A DNA stretch of 64,000 nucleotides from assembly GCA_963739705.1 (NCBI GenBank), contig CAVUBR010000016.1, positions 58,964 through 122,963 on the forward strand, given 5' to 3'. Both the position numbers and the translations under genes were made by a program. The DNA comes from Terriglobia bacterium (GTDB taxonomy: Bacteria > Acidobacteriota > Terriglobia > Bryobacterales > Bryobacteraceae). Position 1 is the stretch's first letter. Each line of letters begins with the position of its first letter. Below are positions 27,546 through 36,967 of the stretch, in pieces. The notes beneath the pieces were generated by a model that was not told where the DNA came from, did no database searches, and worked only from the letters and a program-made list of their open reading frames with translations.

Positions 27546-28910
27546 TCCGAGGCGGTCTTCTTCCGGGGCGCCCCTTCGCTCGGTGCTTTGTGAGCGGGCA
27601 TCCGCGCAATGGCTACGCGCGCGATCCGGTTATGCTCCATCTGAAGAATCGTGAACCGCCGCCCGCCATACTCCACCGCTTCGCCTTCATTGGGAATCTT
27701 CCCCAGTTGAAACAACAAAAACCCGGCCAATGTTTCAAACCCGGCGTCGCCCGGAAGTTCCAAACCGTACTGCGTATCCAGATCCCGAATCGAGATGGTC
27801 CCCTCCACTTCGATCTCGGCGGCCTCCGCGGCCGGACGCGGCCGCTTCACGTCGTGCTCGTCGCCGATCTCGCCGAGGATCTGCTCCAGCGCATCTTCCA
27901 GCGTGACCAGTCCCACGATAGTCCCGAACTCATCCACCACAACTGCCATATGCTTATGCGTGCTGCGGAATTCGTCGATCAGATCGTTCAACGGCTTGGT
28001 CTCCGGCACCACCAGCGGCTTGCGCAATACACGCGAAAGATGAAACGGCCGCAGCGGACGCTTCCTTTCCGCCGCGATCCGGCGCTCTTCCCAAATTCGC
28101 ATCATGTCCTTGTAATGCACGTAGCCGATGATGTGCTCGGGATCGCCCTGATACACCGGCAGCCGCGAATATTGGTTCTCGCGCATGCGCCGCAATACCT
28201 GGTCGAGGCTCGCATCCACGGAGACCGAGACGATGGCGTTGCGCGGCACCATGATTTCGCGCGCGTAGTAATTCTGCAATTCGAGCAGCGCCTGAATGGC
28301 GTCTTCCTCGAAGCGGTGCAGATGGCCCTCGCGCCGGCTGGAGCTGACGATGAACTTCAATTCCTCGGCCGAATGCCCGCCGCCGGTGTGGCTGCCCCGG
28401 AGGCCGATCCAGCGCGAAAGCGCCGCGGCCGATCTTTCCGCGAAGAAGACGAACGGCGACGAAATGCGATCGAACACCAGCAGCGCGGGAGCTACCAGAA
28501 TCGACAAGCCGGTCGGCTTTTTCGATGGCCAGATTTTTCGGCACCACTTCGCCCAACACCACGTGCGCATAGCTGATCAGCAGGAAAGCAATCGTGAAAC
28601 TCAACACGTGCAGCAATGGCGAGAGAGCCGGCGTTAGCACCGGATTGAAGATCGACAGGATCAGGTGGTACATGCTGCTCTCTCCGGCCCATCCCAATCC
28701 GAGGCTCGCCAGCGTCACGCCGGCTTGGGTGACCGAGAGCAAACGCGCGGGATTCGCCAGCAGATTGAGCGCCGCTTGTGCCCCCACTTGACCTTCCGCC
28801 GCGAGGGCGCGGAGCCGGCTTTTGCGCACCGAAATCAGGGCCACTTCAGCGGCCGCGAAGAAGCCGTTCAAGGTCAGGACCGCAATGAGGATGATGAAAC
28901 GATAAGGCAT
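27542..28910 (-). CDS. HlyC/CorC family transporter (DUF21-CBS pair-CorC_HlyC), one frameshift near 28508
   Basis: The DUF21 N-terminus MPYRFIILIAVLTLNGFFAAAEVALISVRKSRL...VVPKNLAIEKADRL lies in ORF 27954..29411. The protein continues as SILVAPALLVFDRISSPFV...SAEELKFIV...YAREIMVPR... in ORF 27542..28570. Confidence 0.85.
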
Positions 28911-28967
28911 GCCGAGCGTTTTCCCCTGACGCCGCGCACTCCGCCGCGATACAGTGGAATTTCCTAG

Positions 28968-31178
28968 ATGCACCTCGGAAGAATCGTCAAGTTCATCAAC
29001 TTGAGCATAGCGGTTTTGCTCTTCGTGGGTCTGTCGGCGGCCTACTGGTTCGCCTATCGTCCGCTGCCCCAAACTTCGGGACAGGTCGCAGCGCCGATTT
29101 CGGCGAAAGCCACGGTCGAGCGAGACGCGCTGGGCGTCCCGCACATCGCCGCCGCGAATTGGGAAGACGCGATTTTCCTGCAGGGCTACGTAACCGCGCA
29201 GGACCGCCTGTGGCAGATGGACGCGCTGCGCCGGCTGGCTGCCGGTGAGTTGTCCGAGATCATCGGGCCTTCGGCGCTGGAATTGGATCGCGAGGCGCGC
29301 CGCTTGCGAATGCGGCGCATGGCGCACGAATATTATCAGAATCTGGCCGCGGGCGACCGCGCGGTGCTGGCGGCCTACGCGCGCGGCGTGAACTATTTCA
29401 TCGAAACGCATCGCGATCGTTTGCCGCTCGAGTTCTCATTGCTGCGCTACGATCCCCGGCCATGGAGCATCGAAGACAGCCTGCTGTGCGGCCTGCAGAT
29501 GTATCGCAACCTGACCACCACCTGGCGGGAAGAATTGCAGAAGGCCGCTATGCTCGCGAGCGGCGATCGCGCCAAAGTGGATTTTCTGTTTCCGTCGCGC
29601 ATCGGCACCGAGTTCCAACCCGGCTCGAACGCCTGGGCGCTCTCGGGCCAGCACACCGCCAGCGGCAAACCGATTCTCGCCAACGATCCGCATCTCGAAT
29701 GGGGCATCCCGTCTACTTGGTATCAGGTGCACTTGCAGGCGCCCGGCCTGGATGTCATCGGCGTTTCGCTTCCCGGATTGCCTTGCGTGATCATCGGGCA
29801 TAACCAGCGCATCGCCTGGGGAGTCACGAATCTCGGCTACGACGTGCAGGATTTATACATTGAGAAGATCGATCCACGCACCGGCCGATATTTGTTTCGC
29901 GGCCAACTCGAGCAGGCCCGCTCGGAGGTTGAATGGATCGCGGTGAAGGGGCAGAAGCCGCAAGAGTTTCGCCAGTGGGTAACCCGTCACGGTCCGGTGA
30001 GCATTGCGGAGGGAAATCGGTTCCTCGCTCTGCGCTGGAGCGCGGCTGACCCCAGCTCGTTTCAATTCCCGTTCTTGGATTTGAACCGCGCGAACAATTG
30101 GTCCGAGTTCACGGCCGCGCTGGCGCGCTTTCCGGGGCCGGGACAGAATTTCGTGTATGCCGACGTGGACGGAAACATCGGCTATCACGCCACGGGGAAG
30201 CTTCCGATCCGGAAATACGAAGGCGACGTTCCGGTGGACGGCAGTTCGGGCGATTTCGAATGGGAAGGTTTCATTCCGTTCGATCAATTGCCGGCTTTCT
30301 ACAATCCGCCGCAAGGTTGGATCGTCACGGCCAATCAAGACCCGTTTCCGGACAATTATCCTTACAGCGTTCATGGCAGTTTCGCCGCGCCGTATCGTTC
30401 GCTGGAGATTCGCAGCCTGCTGGCCTCGCACGACGGCTGGAAGCCGGGCGATATGCTGGCGGTCGAGAAGGACGTCTACTCCGCGTTTCTGGATCATCTG
30501 GCGCGCATGCTTGTGGCGGCCTACGATCGATCGAAGCCGGCCGGTTCGAACTTGGGCGATGCCGTCGGGGTGCTGCGATCCTGGAACGGCCAGATGGAAA
30601 AGGGCACCGCCGCGCCCATGTTGATTTCGGTGGTGTACCAGGCTCTGCGCAAGCGCATTGCGGATTCGGCCGCGCCCGGCAAGTCCGATCTCTATGGCGC
30701 GCAAATGGCGCCGGCGGTGGTAGAGCAGATTCTGGAGCGCGGCGCGCGCGGCTGGTTTCAGGATCGGGATGGGCTGCTGATGCGGGCGCTCTCGGAGGGC
30801 CTCCAAAACGGGCGGCGCTTGCAGGGCAGCAATGTGAAGCGCTGGAATTATGGCAGTTATAACGAGCTGACGATCCGGCATCCGGTGGGCGACAAGTTGC
30901 CGCTGCTGGGACCGTACTTTAATGTGGGGCCGGTGCCGATGAGCGGCTCGTCGACGAGCATTAAGCAGACCACGCAGATATTGGGGCCGTCGATGCGGTT
31001 TGTCGCCGATCTCAGCGGGTGGGATCGCTCGCTCAACAACCTCACGATTGGAGAATCCGGGCAGATTTTATCGAGGCATTACAAGGATCAGTGGAATGCT
31101 TATTATGCCGGGCGGAGTTTTCCGATGCAGTTTCAGAAGGTGGATGCGAAGCAGACGTTGACCGTCGTGCCGCGCTGA
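28968..31178 (+). CDS. Penicillin acylase family protein (Ntn hydrolase S45; AHL-acylase-like)
   Basis: VERDALGVPHIAAANWEDAIFLQGYVTAQDRLWQMD, and the autoprocessing/nucleophile site GSNAWALSG followed by ILANDPHL. Confidence 0.9.
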   Translation: MHLGRIVKFINLSIAVLLFVGLSAAYWFAYRPLPQTSGQVAAPISAKATVERDALGVPHIAAANWEDAIFLQGYVTAQDRLWQMDALRRLAAGELSEIIGPSALELDREARRLRMRRMAHEYYQNLAAGDRAVLAAYARGVNYFIETHRDRLPLEFSLLRYDPRPWSIEDSLLCGLQMYRNLTTTWREELQKAAMLASGDRAKVDFLFPSRIGTEFQPGSNAWALSGQHTASGKPILANDPHLEWGIPSTWYQVHLQAPGLDVIGVSLPGLPCVIIGHNQRIAWGVTNLGYDVQDLYIEKIDPRTGRYLFRGQLEQARSEVEWIAVKGQKPQEFRQWVTRHGPVSIAEGNRFLALRWSAADPSSFQFPFLDLNRANNWSEFTAALARFPGPGQNFVYADVDGNIGYHATGKLPIRKYEGDVPVDGSSGDFEWEGFIPFDQLPAFYNPPQGWIVTANQDPFPDNYPYSVHGSFAAPYRSLEIRSLLASHDGWKPGDMLAVEKDVYSAFLDHLARMLVAAYDRSKPAGSNLGDAVGVLRSWNGQMEKGTAAPMLISVVYQALRKRIADSAAPGKSDLYGAQMAPAVVEQILERGARGWFQDRDGLLMRALSEGLQNGRRLQGSNVKRWNYGSYNELTIRHPVGDKLPLLGPYFNVGPVPMSGSSTSIKQTTQILGPSMRFVADLSGWDRSLNNLTIGESGQILSRHYKDQWNAYYAGRSFPMQFQKVDAKQTLTVVPR

Positions 31179-31182
31179 CGCG

Positions 31183-34100
31183 TTAGGCCACGGTCGGTTC
31201 GGGGACCGGCTGCTTGACGCGTTTTTTGCGGGCGCGCGTTTTTTCCAGGATCGCGGCCATGTAGGTGTAGAAGACCGGCGTCAAGTACAACGTCACCAGT
31301 TGCGAAAAGAGCAGGCCGCCGACTACTACCAGGCCGAGCGGTTGACGGGCTTCGCCGCCGGCGCCGTAGCCGAGCGCGATGGGGACCGCGCCCAGCAGGG
31401 CCGCCATGGTAGTCATCATGATCGGACGGAAGCGGATGAGGCAGCCTTCGTAGATGGCCTGCAGCGGCGTCAAGCCCTGCTTGCGCTCGGCTTCCAGAGC
31501 GAAGTCGATTTGCATGATGGCGTTCTTTTCCACGATGCCAATCAGCATGATCAAACCGACGAAGGCGTAAATGTTCAGATCCATTCCGAACAGGTACAGG
31601 GTCATGAGGGCGCCGAAGCCGGCCGACGGCAACCCGGACAGAATCGTGATGGGATGAATATAGCTTTCGTACAGAATGCCGAGAACGATGTACACCACCA
31701 GGATGGCGACAATCAGCAGGACCCAGAGATTGCCGAGCGAGGATTGAAAGGCCTTGGCCGCGCCCTGGAAGTTGGTGCTGATGGTATCGGGCAAAGTTTG
31801 CTTGGCGAGGGTTTGAATCTTGTTCACCACCTCGCCGAGCGAAGCGCCGGGCTTCAAGTTGAACGATACGGTAACGGCCGGGAGCTGGCCATAGTGGCTG
31901 ATGGCCTGCGGGCCGATATCCTGATGCAGCTTCGCCAAGGTATCCAAGGGAATCAGAGAACCAGTGGACCCTTTGAAGTACAGCAGCGAGAGCGCGTGCG
32001 GATCGGCCAGGTATTTCGGATCGAATTCCAGCAGAACCTTGTATTCGTTGATGGCGGCGTAAATGGTGGAGACCCAGCGCGGGCCGTAGGCGTCGTAGAA
32101 CGCGTTTTCAATGGAGTTGGCGTTCACTTGCAGGGCGGCGGCTTTATCGCGGTCGATGGTGACCGTGACCTGAGGACTGAGGATGGCCAGATCGCTGGTG
32201 ACGTCCTGCACTTCGGGTAACTTTTCGATTTCGCTTTGAAGGCGCATTGCGCCGGCGTACAGTTCTTTCTTGTCGGGCGATTGCATGGAGAACTGGTACA
32301 GGCTCTTGGTGACCTGGCCGCCGATGCGGATGGTGGGCGGATTCTGCAAGTACACGCGCATGCCGGGGAAGTTGGCGAGCTTGGGGCGCAGGTCTTCGAT
32401 GATCTGGTTGACCAGTTCCTTGCGCTGGTTGCGGGGCTTCAGATGGACTACGAGCTCGCCATAGTTGGGTCCGCCGAGAGTAGAGGCGGAAGTGCCGCCG
32501 ACGGTGGACATGAGCGCGAGGACATCTTTATTAGTGCGGAAAACCTCGGCGACCGCTTTTTGGTATTCGATCATCTGGTAATACGAAGTGCCCTGCGCGG
32601 CTTCGGTGACGGCGTAAATCTGGTCGGTGTCCTGATCCGGGATGAAGCCTTTGGGGATGGTGACGAACATGTACAGCGTGGCGGCCAGCACCAAGCCGGA
32701 GGCGGCCATGGTGAGAGCGCGGTGGCGCAGCACCACTTGCAGCGTGCGGTCGTAGATGCGCAGCATGCCTTCGAAAAACTTCTCGGTGACGCGGTAGAAC
32801 CAGGAATGTTTTTGCAGCTCGGGCGAGCGCAGGAAGCGGCTGCACAGCATGGGCGTCAAGGTGACGGAGACGACGCCGGAAATCAGAATCGCGACGCAGA
32901 TGGTGACGGAGAATTCACGGAACAACCGGCCCAGGATGCCGCCCATGAAAAGCACGGGGATGAACACGGCGGCGAGCGATAAGGTCATGGACACAATGGT
33001 GAATCCGATTTCGCCCGATCCATCGAGCGCGGCCAGCAAAGGCTTCTCGCCCATTTCCATGTGCCGGAAAATGTTTTCCAGCATGACGATGGCGTCGTCG
33101 ACGACGAATCCGACCGAAAGAATCAAGGCCATCATGGACAGGTTGTCGAGGCTGTAGTGCAGCAGGTACATGATGGCGAAGGTGCCGATGATGGAAAAGG
33201 GCAGCGCCAGGCTGGGGATCACGGTGGCGGACACATTTCGGAGGAACAGGAAGATCACCATCACCACCAGGCCGAGCGTGAGCAGCATGGTGAACTGAAC
33301 GTCTTTATAGGATTCGCGGATGGTATCGGAACGGTCGTACAGAACGTTCATGCTCACCGAGGCCGGAATCTCGGAACGGAACAGAGGGAGCAAGTTCTTC
33401 ACCGAGTCGGTTACCTGGATGGTGTTGGTTCCCGGCTGGCGCTGGATGCCGAGAATGATGGCGCGCTGCGTTCCTTCGGGCGTGTAAAACCAGGAAGCGG
33501 TTTTGTCGTCCTCGACGCTATCGATGACCTGGCCGAGATCATTCAGGCGAACGGCCGAACCGTTGCGGTAAGCGACGACGAGGGGCCGATACTGAGCGGC
33601 GCTCATCAATTGGCCGGTGGTCTGGAGTGTGAACGCGCGCTGCGGCCCGATGATGGTTCCGGTGGGCAGGTTCACGTTCCAGCTTTGCAGCGAGGTTTCG
33701 ACTTCGTTGATGCCGACGCCATGCGAAGCCAACAGATGGGGGTCCAGTTGGACGTGGACTGCGTATTTCTGCGCGCCTAGCACCTGCACCTGCGCGACGC
33801 CGCTGATCATCGAGATGCGCTGGGCGATGCGGGTTTCAGCGTACTCATCGAGCGTCCACAAGGGTACGGTCTTGGAGGTGACGGCGAGATACAAAATGGG
33901 CTGATCGGCGGGATTCACCTTGGTGAAGGTGGGAGGGGTGGGCATGCCCTGCGGCAACAAGCGCGCGGCCTGGGTAATGGCGGCCTGGACATCCACGGCG
34001 GCGCCATCCAGACTCTTGCTCAGATTAAATTCCAAGGTGACCTGAGTGGAGCCGAGCGAATTGATGGAGGTCATCGAATCCAGGCCGGCGATGTTAGAGA

Positions 34101-34311
34101 ACTGATTTTCGAGCGGCGTGGCAACGGCGGAGCCCATGGTTTCGGGGCTGGCTCCGGGCAGGGCCGCGGTGACCAGCAAGGTGGGGAAGTCGACGTTGGG
34201 CAGATCGCTAACGGGCAGAGAGCGATAGGCGACGAGTCCAAACAGTGCAATGGCAGCCATCAGCAAGCTGGTGGCGATGGGCCGGCGGATGAATCCTTCC
34301 GAAAAGTTCAT
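31183..34311 (-). CDS. RND efflux transporter permease (AcrB/MdtB-like)
   Basis: 1042 aa. MNFSEGFIRRPIATSLLMAAIALFGLVAYRSLPVSDLPNVDFPTLLV..., with 12-TM architecture and two large loops. Confidence 0.95.
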   Translation of the reverse strand: MNFSEGFIRRPIATSLLMAAIALFGLVAYRSLPVSDLPNVDFPTLLVTAALPGASPETMGSAVATPLENQFSNIAGLDSMTSINSLGSTQVTLEFNLSKSLDGAAVDVQAAITQAARLLPQGMPTPPTFTKVNPADQPILYLAVTSKTVPLWTLDEYAETRIAQRISMISGVAQVQVLGAQKYAVHVQLDPHLLASHGVGINEVETSLQSWNVNLPTGTIIGPQRAFTLQTTGQLMSAAQYRPLVVAYRNGSAVRLNDLGQVIDSVEDDKTASWFYTPEGTQRAIILGIQRQPGTNTIQVTDSVKNLLPLFRSEIPASVSMNVLYDRSDTIRESYKDVQFTMLLTLGLVVMVIFLFLRNVSATVIPSLALPFSIIGTFAIMYLLHYSLDNLSMMALILSVGFVVDDAIVMLENIFRHMEMGEKPLLAALDGSGEIGFTIVSMTLSLAAVFIPVLFMGGILGRLFREFSVTICVAILISGVVSVTLTPMLCSRFLRSPELQKHSWFYRVTEKFFEGMLRIYDRTLQVVLRHRALTMAASGLVLAATLYMFVTIPKGFIPDQDTDQIYAVTEAAQGTSYYQMIEYQKAVAEVFRTNKDVLALMSTVGGTSASTLGGPNYGELVVHLKPRNQRKELVNQIIEDLRPKLANFPGMRVYLQNPPTIRIGGQVTKSLYQFSMQSPDKKELYAGAMRLQSEIEKLPEVQDVTSDLAILSPQVTVTIDRDKAAALQVNANSIENAFYDAYGPRWVSTIYAAINEYKVLLEFDPKYLADPHALSLLYFKGSTGSLIPLDTLAKLHQDIGPQAISHYGQLPAVTVSFNLKPGASLGEVVNKIQTLAKQTLPDTISTNFQGAAKAFQSSLGNLWVLLIVAILVVYIVLGILYESYIHPITILSGLPSAGFGALMTLYLFGMDLNIYAFVGLIMLIGIVEKNAIMQIDFALEAERKQGLTPLQAIYEGCLIRFRPIMMTTMAALLGAVPIALGYGAGGEARQPLGLVVVGGLLFSQLVTLYLTPVFYTYMAAILEKTRARKKRVKQPVPEPTVA

Positions 34312-34369
34312 TTAAGCCGCAATCTCAGACCGGAGTTTGTGGGCATGACGACGGAACAACCTGGCTATC

Positions 34370-35707
34370 CTAACTGCGGCCGCGAGCTCCGCGGCCTCCC
34401 TCACCGCGGCCTCCCCGGCCGCCGAATTGGACGCGGCTGTTGGGCGCCAGCCGGAGCTGGCCCTCGGTAACGATGGTTTCACCGGGCGTCAAGCCGCTAT
34501 CCACGACCAGATCCTGATCTACGCGCGTGCTGGTGACCACGGGCCGCATTTCGACCGTCTGATCTTGCTTTACGACGTACACAAACTGGCCGTCTTGTCC
34601 GGTTTGGACGGCCTGATTGGGGACCACGACGGCATTGGGACGGGTGGTGAGCCGCAGGGTGACTCGCACGAATTCTCCCGGCCAGAGCGTATTGTCTTCG
34701 TTCGGGAAAGTGCCTTTGAGCTTGATGGTGCCGGTGGAGGGATCGACGGTATTATCAATGAACGTCAAAACGCCGGTTTCCGCGGCATTTCCTGTGTCCT
34801 GGGACTGGGCATGCACCGGGAGCTTTCCTTCGGCCATGTATTTCTTGATCTCTCCCAGCTGCGCTTCGGGGACCGAAAAGGTGACGTAGATCGGATGGAC
34901 CTCAGCGATGGTCATCAGCTCCATGGTATTGGGGGTTACGATGTTGCCTTGCTTGACCGCCAGATTGCCGGTCCGGCCGTCGATGGGCGAGCGGATGGCA
35001 GTATATCCCAATTGGACCTTGGCATTGTCGATCATGGCTTCGACGTTGGCAATGGAAGCTTTATCGGCGCCGATTTGAGCGCGCGCGCTTTCAATGGCGG
35101 CCTTGTCGGCCTGAATGGTCTGCATTAAGGCATCCGCGCTGGCGCGCATCTGATCGGTTTGCTCGCGAGAAACGATACCTTGCTCGAACAGCTTGGCGTA
35201 GCGGCCGGCCTCGGTTTCAGAGTACTTCTGATTGGCGGTGTCGCGCGCGAGATTGGCTTGCGCCTGGCTGAGCATCGCGTTATCGCGCGCCGAATTGGCT
35301 TGCGCCTGGCTGAGCTGGGCTTGCGCCTGGCCGAGCTGGGCCTCGTAGGATCGCGGATCGATGGTGAACAGCGGGTCGTCCTTCTTCACGTAGCCGCCTT
35401 CCTGGAAGTAGACCTTAGTGAGCTGGCCGCCGACCTGGGCCTTGACGGAGATGGTGGAGTAAGCTTCGACGTTGCCGATGACATCGATGTTGACCGGCAC
35501 ATCCTTCTGCATGACGGTGGCGACCACGACCGGAACAGGGCCACCGCCGTCGCCTCTGCCACGTCCTCCGCGGCCGCCAGGTCCGCGGCCAGTAGTCGCG
35601 TCGGCTTCAGTTTTGGAGGCGCAGCCTTGCATTGCCAGAAACCCGAAAGTAATCAGAGCCAGGGAAAGTGGCGCGAGGCAGTAAATAATCCGTTTCGACA
35701 CACTCAT
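34370..35707 (-). CDS. RND efflux periplasmic adaptor (MFP) lipoprotein
   Basis: Lipobox-like LAMQGC. A coiled-coil hairpin (AQLGQAQAQLSQAQANSARDNAMLSQAQANLARD) and beta-barrel/MP domains. It sits 58 nt upstream of the permease. Confidence 0.9.
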   Translation of the reverse strand: MSVSKRIIYCLAPLSLALITFGFLAMQGCASKTEADATTGRGPGGRGGRGRGDGGGPVPVVVATVMQKDVPVNIDVIGNVEAYSTISVKAQVGGQLTKVYFQEGGYVKKDDPLFTIDPRSYEAQLGQAQAQLSQAQANSARDNAMLSQAQANLARDTANQKYSETEAGRYAKLFEQGIVSREQTDQMRASADALMQTIQADKAAIESARAQIGADKASIANVEAMIDNAKVQLGYTAIRSPIDGRTGNLAVKQGNIVTPNTMELMTIAEVHPIYVTFSVPEAQLGEIKKYMAEGKLPVHAQSQDTGNAAETGVLTFIDNTVDPSTGTIKLKGTFPNEDNTLWPGEFVRVTLRLTTRPNAVVVPNQAVQTGQDGQFVYVVKQDQTVEMRPVVTSTRVDQDLVVDSGLTPGETIVTEGQLRLAPNSRVQFGGRGGRGEGGRGARGRS

Positions 35708-35838
35708 GAAAAGGGGAACTCCATCACTAACGTTTAAAGTGGCGTCCTTACGATCTCTCAGGTTACACGTTGCAAGCTGTTATCTCAAGCCGAGACTTGA
35801 TTTTAGCCTTGGATCCGGCAGGACGCTCACCTTTCAGT

Positions 35839-36957
35839 TTAACGCAGCTCGAAGCGGCCATCGGGATAAAGATAATAGCGGCGGCCGCGCCAGACGATGG
35901 TATTGCCGAAGAAGCCAGCCCACCAGAACAGGAAAGTTAGAAAATCCTGCAAGATCAGGAGATGCCAACGCGGGCGGGTGCGTAGAATCCAGGCGCAGGT
36001 AGACCAGGCTGCCAGGGCCCGCAGAGCGGCGGCGACGAGGAGCGCGGGCCACCAGGCCGGATGCAGAATCCAGAGCAGCAGGGCGAACGGGAGCGGGTGC
36101 GTAAAGAGCTGGCCGATGTAGCCAAGGGGCCGGGACCTGCGAGTGCTGCGCAGCCAGCGCAGGCGGTGGGAAATACTGGCGCGGAGGCATTGGCTGCCGA
36201 TGCGATGTTGGACGATGTTGCGCGAGAGAATGACGCCCATTCCGGCCTCAGCGGCGAACTTGCCCATGATGAAGTCTTCCGCCAGGTAGTCCTTGAGCTT
36301 GGCGAAGCCGCCGATGGCGGCGAGGGCTTGTTTGCGCGCGGCGATGGTGGGGCCCACGGCGAATCGCATGCCTTCGATGAGGCGGGCCACTAACAAGCCG
36401 GCCAGGAATTCGGTGTTCATGCCTTCAGCCTCGAGCTGAGACCAGAGGCTGGCGCCCGCCAGAGCGCGGTAGGGACAAGTTGCGAGCGCGACGCGGGGGG
36501 CGCTGAACTCGGCGGCGATGGAACGCAGGAATACGGGGGCGACACGGATGTCGCTGTCGCTCATTACGAGGATGTCATAGCGCGCTTCAGCGACCATTCG
36601 CTCCAGGCTGTGGACCTTGGCATTGGGATAGGGCGGCTCGCCGGTGATCAGTAAGCGAGCGGTGCGGCTGGGGAACTCTTCGATCAGTGCGCGCACGACG
36701 GGGGCGGCGGGGTCGGCTGGTCCGCTAACCGCGAACAAGAGTTCGTACTCCGGGTGATCCTGTTCGAAGAAGCTGCGGAGGTTTGCCTCGAGGCCTTCGT
36801 CGGCGCCGGAGAGGGGCTTGAGGACGCTGATGGGGGCCGAAGAGTGCGCCGCGGGAATTTTCTGCGACAGATAGCTGCGGGCGGCGAAGACAACCAGGAG
36901 GCAATAGATCAGGGATCCGGCCAGCAAGAAGGCCACGGCGATCGCCAGGGCGAACAT
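35839..36957 (-). CDS. GT2/GT21 glycosyltransferase, ceramide glucosyltransferase / HpnI-like
   Basis: PISVLKPLSGADEGLEANLRSFFEQDHPEYELLFAV, ...ILVMSDSDIRV (D.D motif) and ...RLRWLRSTR (the Q/RxxRW equivalent). It lies 10 nt downstream of thrS. Confidence 0.75.
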   Translation of the reverse strand: MFALAIAVAFLLAGSLIYCLLVVFAARSYLSQKIPAAHSSAPISVLKPLSGADEGLEANLRSFFEQDHPEYELLFAVSGPADPAAPVVRALIEEFPSRTARLLITGEPPYPNAKVHSLERMVAEARYDILVMSDSDIRVAPVFLRSIAAEFSAPRVALATCPYRALAGASLWSQLEAEGMNTEFLAGLLVARLIEGMRFAVGPTIAARKQALAAIGGFAKLKDYLAEDFIMGKFAAEAGMGVILSRNIVQHRIGSQCLRASISHRLRWLRSTRRSRPLGYIGQLFTHPLPFALLLWILHPAWWPALLVAAALRALAAWSTCAWILRTRPRWHLLILQDFLTFLFWWAGFFGNTIVWRGRRYYLYPDGRFELR

Positions 36958-36967
36958 GAATGGGCGC

